Part shown: positions 36,958-48,999 of the stretch, in pieces
How the letters are laid out: every line of letters starts with the position of its first letter
Position numbering within the stretch: the first letter of the stretch is position 1
Assembly (NCBI GenBank): GCA_013265495.1
Contig: MU063896.1
Location: forward strand, 15,805,423-15,869,139
DNA length: 63,717 nucleotides
From: Vicugna vicugna
Lineage: Eukaryota
Reading direction: 5' to 3'
Position numbers and translations under genes: made by a program
The notes under the pieces: generated by a model
Told to the model about the DNA's origin: nothing
Databases searched by the model: none
What the model saw: the letters and a program-made list of their open reading frames with translations, nothing else

Positions 36958-37270
36958 TAGAGTTTCTCAAACTGTGCTCCTATGAACTGGACACAGGTAT
37001 TTTGGGGTTCAGAGCCATAAACAATAGTTACTTTTTCTCACTTCACAGACAAAATAAATTATAGTACAGCTTTCCTCTATTTGAAGATTTTCCTGTATGT
37101 CTTCCTTAAATGTTTGCCTTATTTTGCTATTTGCCTATTCCAGACTCTACTCCAAGATAACTTGATATTACATAAAAATATATATTAACTTTAGAGTTTT
37201 TAGATCAATAATTTATGGTGCTTTCTCACAAGCACCTTGATTTCAAAGAGATAAGTTCAAAAACCTCTAG
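36958..37270. mobile_element. Possible hAT-Charlie MITE
   Basis: Ends agtttctcaaactgtgctcc and taagttcaaaacctctag resemble Charlie-type termini. Confidence 0.4.
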
Positions 37271-37284
37271 TCAAAGAGGCATAG

Positions 37285-37513
37285 GGTATCACGGCTAAGG
37301 GCAGGTGAAGACTCTGGATTCAAAGTGCTTGAATCCTAGCTTTGGCCCTGCCAGCTGTATGATCTTGGAAAAGCTATTGAACCTATCGGAGCCTCAGTTT
37401 CCTCATATGTAAAATGGGATAATACTACTTATGTTATAAGGTGGTTGTGATAGCTAAATGTGAAGGTGTTACCCTTACCACAGCTCACTAAATAATTATT
37501 AGCTACTATTATT
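37285..37513 (+). mobile_element. MIR SINE
   Basis: gagcctcagtttcctcatatgtaaaatgggataatactac core. Confidence 0.9.
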
Positions 37514-37629
37514 TCCTTATAGAGGAGGAAACTGAGTTACCTAGCTTGTTACTTTCAGGGTTTAAATAACATAGTACATTTGCTTTTTGTTTCAGTTGTC
37601 TTGAAACCTAACACTCCCTCTCCCCGCCC

Positions 37630-37754
37630 TTTTTTGGAGGGGGAGGTAGTTAGGTTATTTACTTAGGTATTAATTTTTTTTAATGGAGGTACTGGGGATT
37701 TGAACCCAGGACCTCCTTCAGGCTAAGCATGCGCTCTACCACTGCGCTCTCCCC
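37630..37754 (-). mobile_element. vic-1-type SINE with altered 5' end
   Basis: Minus strand GGGGAGAGCGCAGTGGTAGAGCGCATGCTTAGC...GGGTTCAAATCCCCAGTACCTCC...CCTAACTACCTCCCCC. Confidence 0.85.
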
Positions 37755-37974
37755 TTGCTACGTTTCCATTGTCTTGAAATCACATGGAGTATTGTTCTTT
37801 ATTTCCAGAACACTGAGTTTTCACTCAGCTCAGTACTTTTTCCTTGATTAACAGCTCCAAACTGGTCTTCCAAAGATAGCCTTAGAATCTTTCCATTCAA
37901 TATAGTGGAGTTAAGACCTGCCCTTGGGCCCCAGGTCTTCTTACTTAACTGGTCTCTCTGAGAAACAGTTCACA

Positions 37975-37985
37975 GTGACTCAGCA
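37975..37985 (+). promoter_or_regulatory. NRF2/sMaf ARE consensus motif
   Basis: GTGACTCAGCA. Confidence 0.35.
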
Positions 37986-38767
37986 TACCTGATTTTTTTT
38001 TTTTTTGACTGTCAGATAAATTGTAATTGCAACTGACATTGGATAACAAATCATTATATAGAAAAGATTTCCTGATGGCTTGACTAGAAACTGTCCATGG
38101 TGTACTGCCTGGAATGTTTTCATTTTCATAATATGGAGCACTGTAAATTATTATTTCCCACTTTTTACAGTTCTTCAAGCACTTTCAGGACAGCTGATTT
38201 GAGAAACATGTTTAATATTCTGAGTGTAGAAATAGTTGAGACTTGCTTCTTCAGTCTTTGTAGAGGCTTGGAATCAGGGCCTCCCCTTTAAGGAAAAAAC
38301 TGAGAAAATATTCAAAAGGTAACCTTAAATTGCCTTCAGAAATGAACTACAGATTAAAAGTGAAATTTGAAATTGGATAACCACTTCTCTTGATGACTTT
38401 CTAATTCCTGTAAAATGGCCTTGCTCTTGTGAAACTTGTAGCCATTTCCATCAGTTTTGCTCAGCTGCGTTTTATCGTGGCTGCTTCTTCTGAATTGGTT
38501 GAGGCTTCTCCATGGACTGTGAGTAGTACTCCATTTCGGGCCCTTCTGTTTTCAGTGTTTATCCATCCACACTAAGAATTACTGTGGATATTATTATTTA
38601 CTCTAGTTGGTTGTTAAGATGTTCAGTGTCACACTGAAAACCTTATCACAAGCTGGGGCCGTTAATTTCTCTGACATTTTCAGAGCAGACTTGGGAGATC
38701 CCCCATCCTCTGGGAAAGTAAGGTGGTGATAACGGGTAGGGACAGTGCCGGGTTTCAGTTGGATGTT

Positions 38768-38980
38768 CAGTAGTTATAGCATGAGCTTTAATGTCATGCA
38801 TGGGTGATCTGGCCATGGACAAGCTATTTAATCACCCTCTCTACCCATCTTTCATAACAGTGTCTACCTCATGGGTTGTTGTGTGTATAAAGATGATCCA
38901 CTTACGATGACATTATTAGCCCAATATCTGGCACATAGTAATTCCCTTATGAGTACTAGTAATTAATTAGTATTATTATT
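38768..38980 (+). mobile_element. MIR SINE
   Basis: ggacaagctatttaatc...tacctcatgggttgttgtg...ctggcacatagtaa. Confidence 0.75.
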
Positions 38981-39499
38981 CATAATAATAGAGATGCTAA
39001 ATTCTAGAGACACTGAAAATACTCTTGCTGACACATATTTTGTATATTGAGATGGTGATAGTTCTCTAGTGTCATTCTTCTCCTTTTCTCTATAACTTTA
39101 TTTAGCTTTTGAATAATACGAATGATCAAGTCTTAAAAACTAATGTTCACTCAGTGTTACATTAATAGGAGAAAATGAAATATTTCATAGCAGTTCTTAA
39201 TGTTAATTCAATATACATCTGAAGTCATATAATGCACTCATTTTCTGTGGTACATGTCATAACACTGCTTTGGGAAGTGGGATGGTAATAATGATAGCAG
39301 CAATAACAACTTTTATACTTACATCTGAATTAATATGGAGAGTATGTGTGCCTGTGTATTTCAGGTTATTATTGTTGAAGATTTCACAAGTTTTGAATTA
39401 TCAAGCTTTGCTGGACTTCAGCCCTTGTAATAACATTTCAGGCTGTAGTATAACCCACCAGCTTGTCATCCATGTGATAGCTAGACAGACAGGTAGTCA

Positions 39500-39795
39500 C
39501 TTTTTAAAAAATTTTGTTTTGAGATAATTACAGATTTATAGGAAGTTGCCAAAAAATGTACAGAGAAATCCTGTGTATACTTCGCTCATTTTCCCCCAAA
39601 GGTAACATCTTACATGATGATAGTGTAAAGCAAAACCAGGAAGATGACATTGGTACAATCAACCTAGTTTATTCAGATATGCAAATATTTTGTCTAGTCT
39701 GTAACTTATCTTTTCATCCTCTTCATGGGATCTTTTGTAGAGCAGATTTTTTTTTAATTTTGGTAAGGTCCAATTTATTTGTTTTTCCTTTCTAT
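39500..39795 (-). mobile_element. L1MB-type 3' end plus further L1 fragment
   Basis: gagataattacagatttataggaagttgccaaaaaatgtacagagaaatcctgtgtatac...ggtaacatcttac. Confidence 0.8.
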
Positions 39796-39797
39796 AA

Positions 39798-39970
39798 TCT
39801 GTGTTTCCCCAAAGCTGATCCACACAGCACGTGCTTTGGAATCATCTGAAGTGCTTGTTACGGAGCCCATTTGCTTGGGCCCCACCCCATGTATTCTGAA
39901 CCAGACTCCCCAGGATGGGGTTTATTAGTCTGTTTAATTTATGAAGCTCCTTAATATCTGAGAACCACTG
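39798..39970. mobile_element. MER5A/B hAT MITE
   Basis: tgtttccccaaagctg...ggaatcatctgaagtgcttgtta...ttgggccccacccc...tctgagaaccactg. Confidence 0.75.
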
Positions 39971-41115
39971 ATTCAGAGAGTTTGTCCTTGGTTTTTTTCC
40001 TTCTTGCTCTACCTTGTCTGTGGGTCAGCCTATTCATTTCTACCACTTGTCTTATCAAATATGTGTAGGTAGCTTCTATACAACCTCTCTGATGAGCTCC
40101 AAAGTATCTGAGTTGCTGGATACTCTCTGCTACTATACACAGAAAGTCATTAATATGTAGACTATTGATTAGATGTTATTTTTCTGGACCCTTGTGAATA
40201 AGACGTGGTAGAATAAAAACCATCCTAATTATTATTTATAGATTGTCAAAAGGCCTCAACTTTTTTCCTGATGCTTGAAGTTATTTAATTGTATAATATT
40301 TGGGAGGGTTGTTATGTAAATATATATCTAAACAGTCTTGGGGTTATTTGTACTCTTTTTTTGGTCTACCTCTTCTTCCCTTCATTAGAGGAGATAATTT
40401 GATACGATCTGTATTTGGAGAAAACTTTACAGCACTTGATGAATATTAGTATTCCTGTGGCTTAATGACCTAATATTTAGATGTTTGGTTGCTCTTTTTA
40501 AAAATGTAAAGTCTTTTTTTAAGCATAAAGAACTATTCCTTGTGTCTTTAGTAGCTCTCTGAAAACTGAGTTTCACATTTGGTTATTTTATTTGACTTTG
40601 GAATGTAATTAGAATATTAAAATGTCAATTTTAGAATGTCTCAATTTTATATCATTTGAACTAGTTAGGCTTTATTTATTTATGCAAATTAAATTCTCAT
40701 TTTATGTTTTCTCCCAAGTCATTTGCTCTGTTCAATCCATGTTTCTAGCTGCTTCAGTCCCTTAAAAATTAGTGTCCCTTTAAGACGATAGAACATGCTG
40801 AAACAGGCCTTATACTGAAAGATAGCTGCTAAAATGATGATGAAATAAAACTGTTTCTTACACCTTGATCTTGGAAGAAAGTGATAAATTTAGGGAACAG
40901 TGCTTAATGGTGTTTGTGTCTTCAGACAGTGCAATCAGAATTCAGAAGGCAAGAAAAGAAAGCTAATTTTGTCTTTGCTGTGAAGTTGGATTCATTCATT
41001 ACCCCAGTGGAGAATAGCAATAGCTGTGGGTCATGAAGTTTCTCCTGTAATGAGGAATATTATGTGCTACTCTATCATTGTCTCATCTTTCACATGTGCA
41101 ACTCTCAGGAGAGTT

Positions 41116-41144
41116 TGACGTCAGAGAAGTTTGAGTTCCACGTG
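41116..41144. promoter_or_regulatory. Adjacent full CRE and canonical E-box
   Basis: TGACGTCA at 41116-41123 and CACGTG at 41139-41144. Confidence 0.4.
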
Positions 41145-42192
41145 GGCCAGCTAGCCCTGGTGACACGGTCTCCACTGCCTTCAGATGGCCATGTCACTGA
41201 CATGTGCTGTGGGATATACAAGGGGATCTAGTGAAAGTGTGATTGGTGTATCTAAACAGAAAAGCACTGATAAGTAAGTGATCTCTAAAGGCTGATGCTG
41301 GTAGGAGTATATTAAGGCTGGTGCAATCCAGGATGGAGTCTTCTCTGCCTTCACTGGATGTCAGAATTAGTTTATAGCCATGGCTTTGTCTTGGACCTCA
41401 CCAAAATTTGAAACAATTTATCCTCCAAGACTTGAGACCCCAAAAGAGTTACTGTCTTTGACCTTGACTTCCTATCACTCTCTCCCCCTCCTTCCTTCTA
41501 CCGGACCTGGTTATTTGTCCCTCTTGTGGCACCCAGCCTTCTTTCTGTCTTCTCTGTTCATCTGATTTTGGTGTCATTACCGTAGTTTGGACATCAAGTA
41601 AGCTGACTCAGCAGGACTGCCTAGTTTTTCGTACCTCTTGTCCTTCTCTGATCCATCTGGCAAATCCTGACCTTAAGAAAGCTTTGTCATTCTCTTATCT
41701 TTTGCTCCTAGGATAACTAACTTCCTTGTTGTGAATATTCAGGGAACTGAGTTGATTTTTTTTTTCCCTCTCCTGCCAGGTCCTCATGCATACTTGGTAA
41801 ACCTTTCCTGTCCCTCTAATTGATTCCACTTCCATAGGGGCTGTTTGAAGTGTTTTCCTCTCTCAAGGCCATACTTCCATCCCCATATCTCTGCAGAATT
41901 CTTGCTGCTTGCTTTTCTGAGAAGATCAAGGCCATTAGATGTGAGTTCGTCCAGTTTTCTTCTTTTTGATCTCCAATTCTCAGAATTTTTTGTCTTACTT
42001 CCATTCCTCCTGTTTCAAACAACTTTAAAGCTCTTCTTTTCCAACTCTCACCTCCTTGCTTCTGCCCTTAATCATATACCTTCCCAGTCTTGTGAGACCC
42101 TGATTTGTCATTATATCCTTCCTTTTTTGTAACTTAAATTTGGTAACTTCTCACCGTATGAAAATATTCAGATCTTTCCAACTCTTTAGAGT

Positions 42193-42392
42193 AGGATTTC
42201 TGAACTATCGACATGTTGATATTTTGGGCACAATCGACATTTTGGGTGTGTCCTGTGTATTGCAAGATACTTAGCAGCAACCCTTTACTCACCAGCTGCC
42301 AGTAGCACTCTGGAGTTGTGACAACCAAAAATGATTCCAGACGTTGCTAAATGTCTCTCAAGGAGCAAAATTGCCCTCAGGTGAGACACTAC
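42193..42392 (-). mobile_element. MER20 hAT MITE
   Basis: gatattttgggc...tgtcctgtgtattgcaagatacttagcagc...gttgtgacaaccaaaaatgattccagacgttgctaaatgtc. Confidence 0.9.
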
Positions 42393-42973
42393 CTTAGAAA
42401 GTCTTCTTGCAACCAAGCCATTCCATCTATTACCATTCTCCTTTTCTTTTCATTTCCATTATCACCAAGTTTCCCTTGTGGCCTCCTCACAATCCTTATC
42501 TCCATTTCCTCACCATTCAATCAGTCCTGAATCAGGCTGCTGACACCACTCATTACTGAAAATACTCTCAGAGGACCAAAGTGACCTTCTGGCAGCCAAA
42601 TCCAGTGAGCGGCCTTTTCTCAGTTCCTTAATTTGCTGCAACACTTGACACTGTAGCCTCATTTTTATGGTATCCGTCTTATGTATTCTTTTGGGTCTAC
42701 TCCTATCTCCCTGTTTCCTTTAGATCCTCTTTCTACTATACTTTCTAAATCTGGGAACTCTCCTCTGTGTCGGCCTCAGCTGTGTTCTTCACAGTTCTCA
42801 TCTCTTCTCATGTCTCTTCTGGTCACTGCTATGTAGATGATTTCTAAATATAGATTCCATCTCAGCTGCACACTAGGCTTATGTGTCCTTTTGCCTTTTA
42901 GATATTTCTATTTGATCTTCTACATGACACATGAAACTCAACGTTTCAACATATTCAAAAATGAACTCCTGGT

Positions 42974-43107
42974 GGGGAGGATATAGCTCAAGTGCTCAGC
43001 ATGCACAGGGTCCTGTGTTCAATCCCCAGTACCTCCTCTAAAGATAAATAAATAAATAAACGTAATTAGCTCCCCCCTCAAAAATAAATAAAATTAAAAA
43101 CAAAACA
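42974..43107 (+). mobile_element. vic-1-type SINE with internal deletion
   Basis: ggggaggatatagctcaagtgctcagcatgcacagggtcctgtgttcaatccccagtacctcc...taattagctccccc; approximate TSD aaaa..aactcct on both sides. Confidence 0.88.
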
Positions 43108-43165
43108 AACTCCTCATCTTCCCTCCTTCATTGATTTCTCTTAATGGTATTACAGTCCTTTACTT

Positions 43166-43845
43166 CAATGGTTCCTGAATGTTTTTGGTTGTACAGCACA
43201 ACAGTAAAAGGTTTTTGTGCATGTTATATCCAAAATATGATATTTATTAATAAATATTATACATGTATAATAGTATAATAATAAACATAAAAAATAGAAA
43301 TTTTATAAAGATTAGGGAAGATAAAATTAATATTTAAAATTTTAGCAGTAAAATTTTTTGTTCTCTCTGAAATATTATTAATAAGTTAATATGCTGCTTT
43401 CTTTAAAATCCAGATTTAATATCCTGTTATACAGAAATCTAAGTCCAGTTTATTTTGATTCTTGATTTTAATGTTTTAGTTGAAAAAGATACCCTTTAAA
43501 CACATGTGGATTCATACAGAAGAAGTATATTGTTGGCTATACTTATGAAACCGTAATTTTTGGATAGAATGGTGGTTGTCAGGGGCTGAGGAGGAGGGAA
43601 TGGGGGGTGTTATTTAAGGGGTACAGAGTTTCAGTTTTGCAACAGGAAAAGTGTCTGGAGGTGGATGGTGGTGCTGATTGCACAGCAATGTAAATGTACT
43701 GAACGCCGCTGTGTTAGACACTTAAAAATGGTTTAGATGGTAAATTTTATGCTATGTGTATTTTACCACGATAAAAAATAGTAACTTCAAAAGTGCTTAA
43801 ATGAGAACCAGTCACATAATAATCACTTAAGAAAAGTTAATAATT
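43166..43845 (-). mobile_element. hAT (Charlie-type) transposase 3' remnant, interrupted by L1MB
   Basis: Terminus caatggttcctgaatgttttt; frameshifted minus-strand peptide IANNILLLYESTC / VSFSTKTLK / IKNQNKLDLD resembles the hAT C-terminal dimerisation region. Confidence 0.55.
43560..43782 (+). mobile_element. L1MB 3' terminal fragment
   Basis: agaatggtggttgtcaggggctgagg...gggtacagagtttcagttttgc...cacttaaaaatggtttagatggtaaattttatg. Confidence 0.9.
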
Positions 43846-43889
43846 GCTACTATTGTTTCTGTACCACCAACCTTGCTAACTGCTTCCAC

Positions 43890-44010
43890 AGGCCCATTCG
43901 TACTTCTCAGTGTCCTAATTTTGGTTCCGTAATTGATCACCTTGCCTATTGCGTCTCACACAGTTCCTTATATGTAGTAGGTACTCAAGAAACATGTATT
44001 GAATAAATGA
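43890..44010 (+). mobile_element. L2 3' end
   Basis: gtagtaggtactcaagaaacatgtattgaataaatga. Confidence 0.65.
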
Positions 44011-45574
44011 TGTGACAACGATGGATTACAATCACTTTTTGCTTTTCTTTAGGGATTTAGTTCTATGACCAGGGGGATGGCTTATAATTAAATATTTAAT
44101 TCATTTTGATTTTGTACCTTAGATGTACTGATGGCATTCTACATGGATGCATATTCATGGCAGAAGTTTATATTTAAGGCAGTTAAGCACATATAGCACA
44201 GATAGGCTTTTTTTACTCTGGAAGTTATGTTGCTTCATGTTGTATGTTGGTCAGTTAAGAAGTTGTATTTTGTGACTTTAAAAAAGATGTCTTATAAAGT
44301 TGTGTAAGTTAACGTGATTGCCTCGGACAAGAGAGGCTTTAAGATGATTTTAAAATATGTCTTGTGAAAGGGTGATTGAGAAGCTCTGTTTTTAAGTAGG
44401 TTAGATATGGAAAAATGTGCACTCAGAAAAAGAAAAGGGAACACTTTGGTCTAAATCTTTCACAGCTAAAACTCTGCATTTTGCTTGCTGCTTAACCAGT
44501 AGTTTTTGACTTTTCCCATTTCATTTGACAAAGTACCTGCCTTCCCTTTCTTTCTTCACTGGCCACCAGCAACCTTTTTGAGCAGTTGTCTAGCTCAGCA
44601 GCCGTGTTCCAGTAAAATGTACTCACAATTCCCACATCTCTCTTGGCTTCACCGTCTCCTCCTCCTCTTTGCTCCCTTCTCCATGAATCAGCAGATGTGG
44701 GTGATGTCATCTTTTCGTTTGGCTGTCTGGCCAGTGTTAAATGTCACCCTGCCAGAAGTCAAGCGTGGCAAGCCTGCTCTGGCAGTTTTTGCTCTTATTT
44801 AAATCGGTGGAAGTTTTGAATGAACAAAGGATTTTGAATGCTGGAAATTGGTTAAAAAAAACACAAAAATCAACCCAGGGATCAGAAATGGATTAGGAGT
44901 CCCTGTAACCTGAAGCCATGAATCAGTGGTTGATGCAAACAGTGATTTCGCACCATCTTTCAAAACGCTGCTAGTTGGCCAAAATCCGAGTAGGATATAA
45001 TGCCCTAAGTTTTTATCATAGAAATGTTAGATGAGCTCACTTAATCATTTAATTCCTGTGTTAAACATTAAAAAACTATTCATTTTAAGTTTTTTTACAA
45101 TACAGCTATGAAACAATATACACAATATATGTACACATAAAACCTTCAAAAATGAACTTGTATTTTCTGATATAAAATTTATTTATGAAAATATTATTTA
45201 AGTTATATTTATATATTTCATATATTAATATATTTATATACAAATATAATGTATAAGCCATATAAAATTGATAACCTGTATAGAAACTTATAAAATCTAT
45301 AACCTCATGTAGTTGGTATATTACAAAGACTTCTCTGCTTTCTCAGGATATAAATTGCTCTGCTTGAGAGTGAGTACTGTTCACAGTTCGTAGAGAGGAC
45401 CTACGTTCCCATCTCACTGGCCTGCTCCTTGGCAGGGAATGGCCTGTATCTAGAGGTGAGCGAGAGGGTGGCAAGGCGAGAACAACATTTTTCCCTGGTT
45501 GAGCCAGTAATCCAGATCATAAGAGTGAAACAGCACATGCATTAAATTTCTGTTTCATTTAATCCCACCAATTA

Positions 45575-46465
45575 CCTAACATTTTCATGTGGAGATCTCA
45601 CCGGTATCTTTAACTTTTTTACATTTTGGTCAAAAGCGGCATTTTTTCCCCTCTACTTACCAACTAAGCCTTTGCCTCCTGTCTTTGTGTGAGATGTCTC
45701 CCCATTTAATTAGTTGCTCCAACCAGAAACCTGGGGTCTACTTGATGCCTCTCTCCCTCACTGCTCTCCCCACCCACACTGAGCTGTCCTATCCATTCAT
45801 CTCCAATATATATCCCAAACACACCCTCTTCTCCCACTGCCATTGCCATGAGTTTCCAATTTCTTGTCCTCCTCTATACATTCTTTTAAAAATACAAATC
45901 TAGTTCTGTCTCTACTCTGTTTAAAGTCTTTCACTGCCTCCCATTGCACTTAGCAAACAAAAGCAATCAAACCAAAATCCAAATCCTTAATTTGGCTCCG
46001 AATTACTTGGCTCCTACCTACAAATATCACTTCATTTCATGCCTTCCTGTCCTTGCACACTCTACTCAGACTTCACCGGTCTCTTGTCAGGCCCTAGTAT
46101 GCCCAGGTCTTTCTTACCTCAGAGCCTTTGCACATGCTGTTCCCTCTGGCTGGAGTGTCCCCTCCCACTTCGGCCTTCAGTCTTTGCTTAAATGCTAATT
46201 CCTCTGAGAAGTCTTCTCCTCTTAAGTTAATTTAGGTCCCTCTTATAATTTTTTTTTCTCATAGTACCAATATCATTTCCTTCTAGCATTTAATATTTGT
46301 AGTCATATGCTTAGCTGTTTAACTTTTTAATCTGTCTCTCACATCAGACCATGAGTCCCTGAGAGCAACAACGTGTCTGTTTGGTGTGACACCACATCCC
46401 CAATTTCTTGCACCGTCTGGCACATAATAGAGGCATAATATGTTGCATGAGTGAATAAGTGAATA
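45575..46465 (+). mobile_element. L2 LINE 3' portion
   Basis: ccagaaacctggggtc...agggcctttgcacatgctgttccctctg-like motif...ctggcacataatag...gagtgaataagtgaat. Confidence 0.85.
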
Positions 46466-47669
46466 CCTTTTATAGAAAGAGAATGATAATAATATTACAT
46501 TCCTGACATTTCCCCGGAAGTGTCAAAGGTGGTAGATGTCTCTACTGAAGGCATTCAGTAGCTGATGCTACTACTCTGTATGCCTCTAGCGTTTCATGTG
46601 ATGCTGAACATCCGTGTTTCTGTTCAGAGGGAGACTACCGCTTATGCTTATTTCACGGCTCCTGACACTTGGTTAACAATTTAATTTTAAATCACTACTG
46701 AGACTTGCCTCCAATGGAAAAATGGATTTTATCTAGGTTGTTTAAAATGTATGAGCCTTACTGTACTGTGTAGAACAGCAAAAATAATTTGCTGCTTTGG
46801 TAGTGGGAAAAAATGTATTTTCTCCATATGTGTTATTTTCCCCCCTGCAAAGGGCTAAGTTACAGATGCAACATTATCCCTGTAATAAAAAGATTTTTAT
46901 TGAATGGTAGGTAAAGCTCTAGCAGCCATATTAAAACATACTTTTCCAGAGTATGCTCCATTTCAGGAGAAACAGGGATGCAAATGTGAAATGACACGAT
47001 GGATTTGACTGCGGCACCTTCTTACTTGGTGATTCGGCAGAACTCAAGCGTGTCTTCCACTGCCAGTGGGTTTGTACCACTCAGGAGGGCTGTGTGCGTA
47101 GTGCCTGTCTCCTTGCTCAGCTGGGATATGGTGGTTAATTTTTCTCTAGAATGACTTTTCTAGATCCAGTGGCTGAGTATACTTGAAATATAATTTCTGT
47201 TTTATTCTTAATTAAAATAAATCACTGTAACATATGGAAACCTATTCATAATTGCACTTCTGCTAGTTTGAAAATGCTGCTACAAAGTATATGCAGTGAA
47301 CTCTGTTGTTTGCTAGGAGTCTGACTCAAAACTCAGGCTGGGAACCAGGTGTCCCTGTGTTGTGGTGGGACATAGAAAACAACTCAGCCATACGCTTTCA
47401 TGAAGAGGAGGCTGGTGCTTAGTCCAAATCAGTGCATGGTCAACACCTGTGTACAAAATACTCTGTTAGACCGTGTGTGGAATGCACGCAGATTGAACAG
47501 ATACTCCTCTAGCGAGAAATAAGTATACATGAAATAATTAGATCCAGTGATGTACACACAGGGCTCTTCTATCTTCAAGGTGCATACACGTGCACACTGT
47601 GTTTTGGGGCCTCACTGCAAACTCTTTGAAGGAGGTGGGAGTGGTGTGTGACTGGTATTGTTGTATCTG

Positions 47670-47785
47670 ATTTACTGATGGCACAACTGAGCCTCAGATG
47701 AATTCGGATGTGTTCACAGGTTTATAGGTAAGTGGTAAGTGGCAGAACTGGCCCACAAAGCCGTGTCTTAGACTCTAAGCCCCAG
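47670..47785 (-). mobile_element. MIR fragment
   Basis: aactgagcctcag...ggtaagtggcagaactgg...gactctaagccc. Confidence 0.6.
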
Positions 47786-47939
47786 CCTAAAATTTCATCC
47801 TACACACTGTGGGAATTCAAAGGAGGGGAAGATTCATGTGCTGCAGGGATGCTGGCCTGTGGTACCCTGCACAGCCCCTGCACCCCTTGCGCTCACAGTT
47901 TTGGAAGAGACCCCGAGAGCTAACTTCGTAGCCTCCATC

Positions 47940-48890
47940 CAGACCCTGGCCCCTTCCTCTCTCGCTCCATTACTTCTGTCCTCTTTTTGGTGCTGCTGCA
48001 GTTCTGACCTGACCACTAGTTGTCACCTGTCTCTCTGCTCCCAGTTTTTCCCTTGATTTAACCTCCCTTTCGTGTCACTAGTCTTTATTTCCTTTCTTCC
48101 CTTCACTGTGGGAGCATTTTCTGAATCTCTGTGTATGAAAGCCATTCACACACACCATCCAACCCCGAAACTCCTTATCAGTAAGATCCCCAATGGCATC
48201 TGAGTTCCTGTCTCTCAGTCCTTCCTTTCCTTGGTCTCCACACAGTCTGCCTCTGTAGACCAGCCACTGTTTCCTTAATGTCTCCTCTGGTGGACTAGAT
48301 TTTCGCACCGTCCCTTCTGGCTGCATTCCTGCTTTGCTCTGTCTTCCAGTGCTCTACCTCTCTGCTCCTGAAACATTGATACCCCCAGAGTTCCGTGGTC
48401 TTCTGGGGCATAAGAACTGAATTATCCATGGCCATCTGTTCCTGTCCAGTAGCTACCCCTACCACCAAAAGATGACCACCCCTGTGTTCTCCCAAGGTTC
48501 CAATCTCTACATATCATATCACCTGTGCCCAAAATGGAGCAGAAGTTCTTTCCATCTATTATGGAATCATTCTCCAGTTTCCCAAAATAGAAGCCTTGGT
48601 GTCATCTTCAGGTGGGGTCATCAGGAAACCTTGATGCTTTTATCTTGGAATTATTTATTATGGCCTCCTGATTAGCCTCCCTTTCAGTCTCGCCCCACTC
48701 CAGAAAGTCTCCCATTCCCCTCTAGAGTTACCGTCCTCTTAATTTAGTCTGATGATATCACTCTCCTGATTAAAGATCTCTGACTCCCATTTGTCTTCCT
48801 GACAGGGCAAGAACCAATTCCATTCACAATGACTAGTGACTGGGCCCTGCGTGCAGTAGACACTCAGAAATATTTGTTGAATGAATAAAT
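47940..48890 (+). mobile_element. L2 LINE (degraded)
   Basis: Pyrimidine-rich L2 motifs, ending cagtagacactcagaaatatttgttgaatgaataaat. Confidence 0.65.
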
Positions 48891-48999
48891 CTGGTTCCAG
48901 TCTCACCTGTCAACTTTATCTCCCAGTGACCTGCCCCCATGCTGTTGTGAACCCCACTCTTCTCACCATTTCCCAAACATCTCCAGTTCTTGATTGTTT

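Larger units (their letters stand above)
41350..43165 (+). mobile_element. L2 LINE (interrupted by MER20 and vic-1)
   Basis: ccactcattactgaaaatactctc...gtgaccttctggcagccaaatccagtg...aacatattcaaaaatgaactcct|catcttccc. Confidence 0.7.

Noticed and set aside
45100-45300. Very AT-rich tract as a possible matrix-attachment or unwinding element
   Set aside because: Ordinary low-complexity sequence; no testable specific signature
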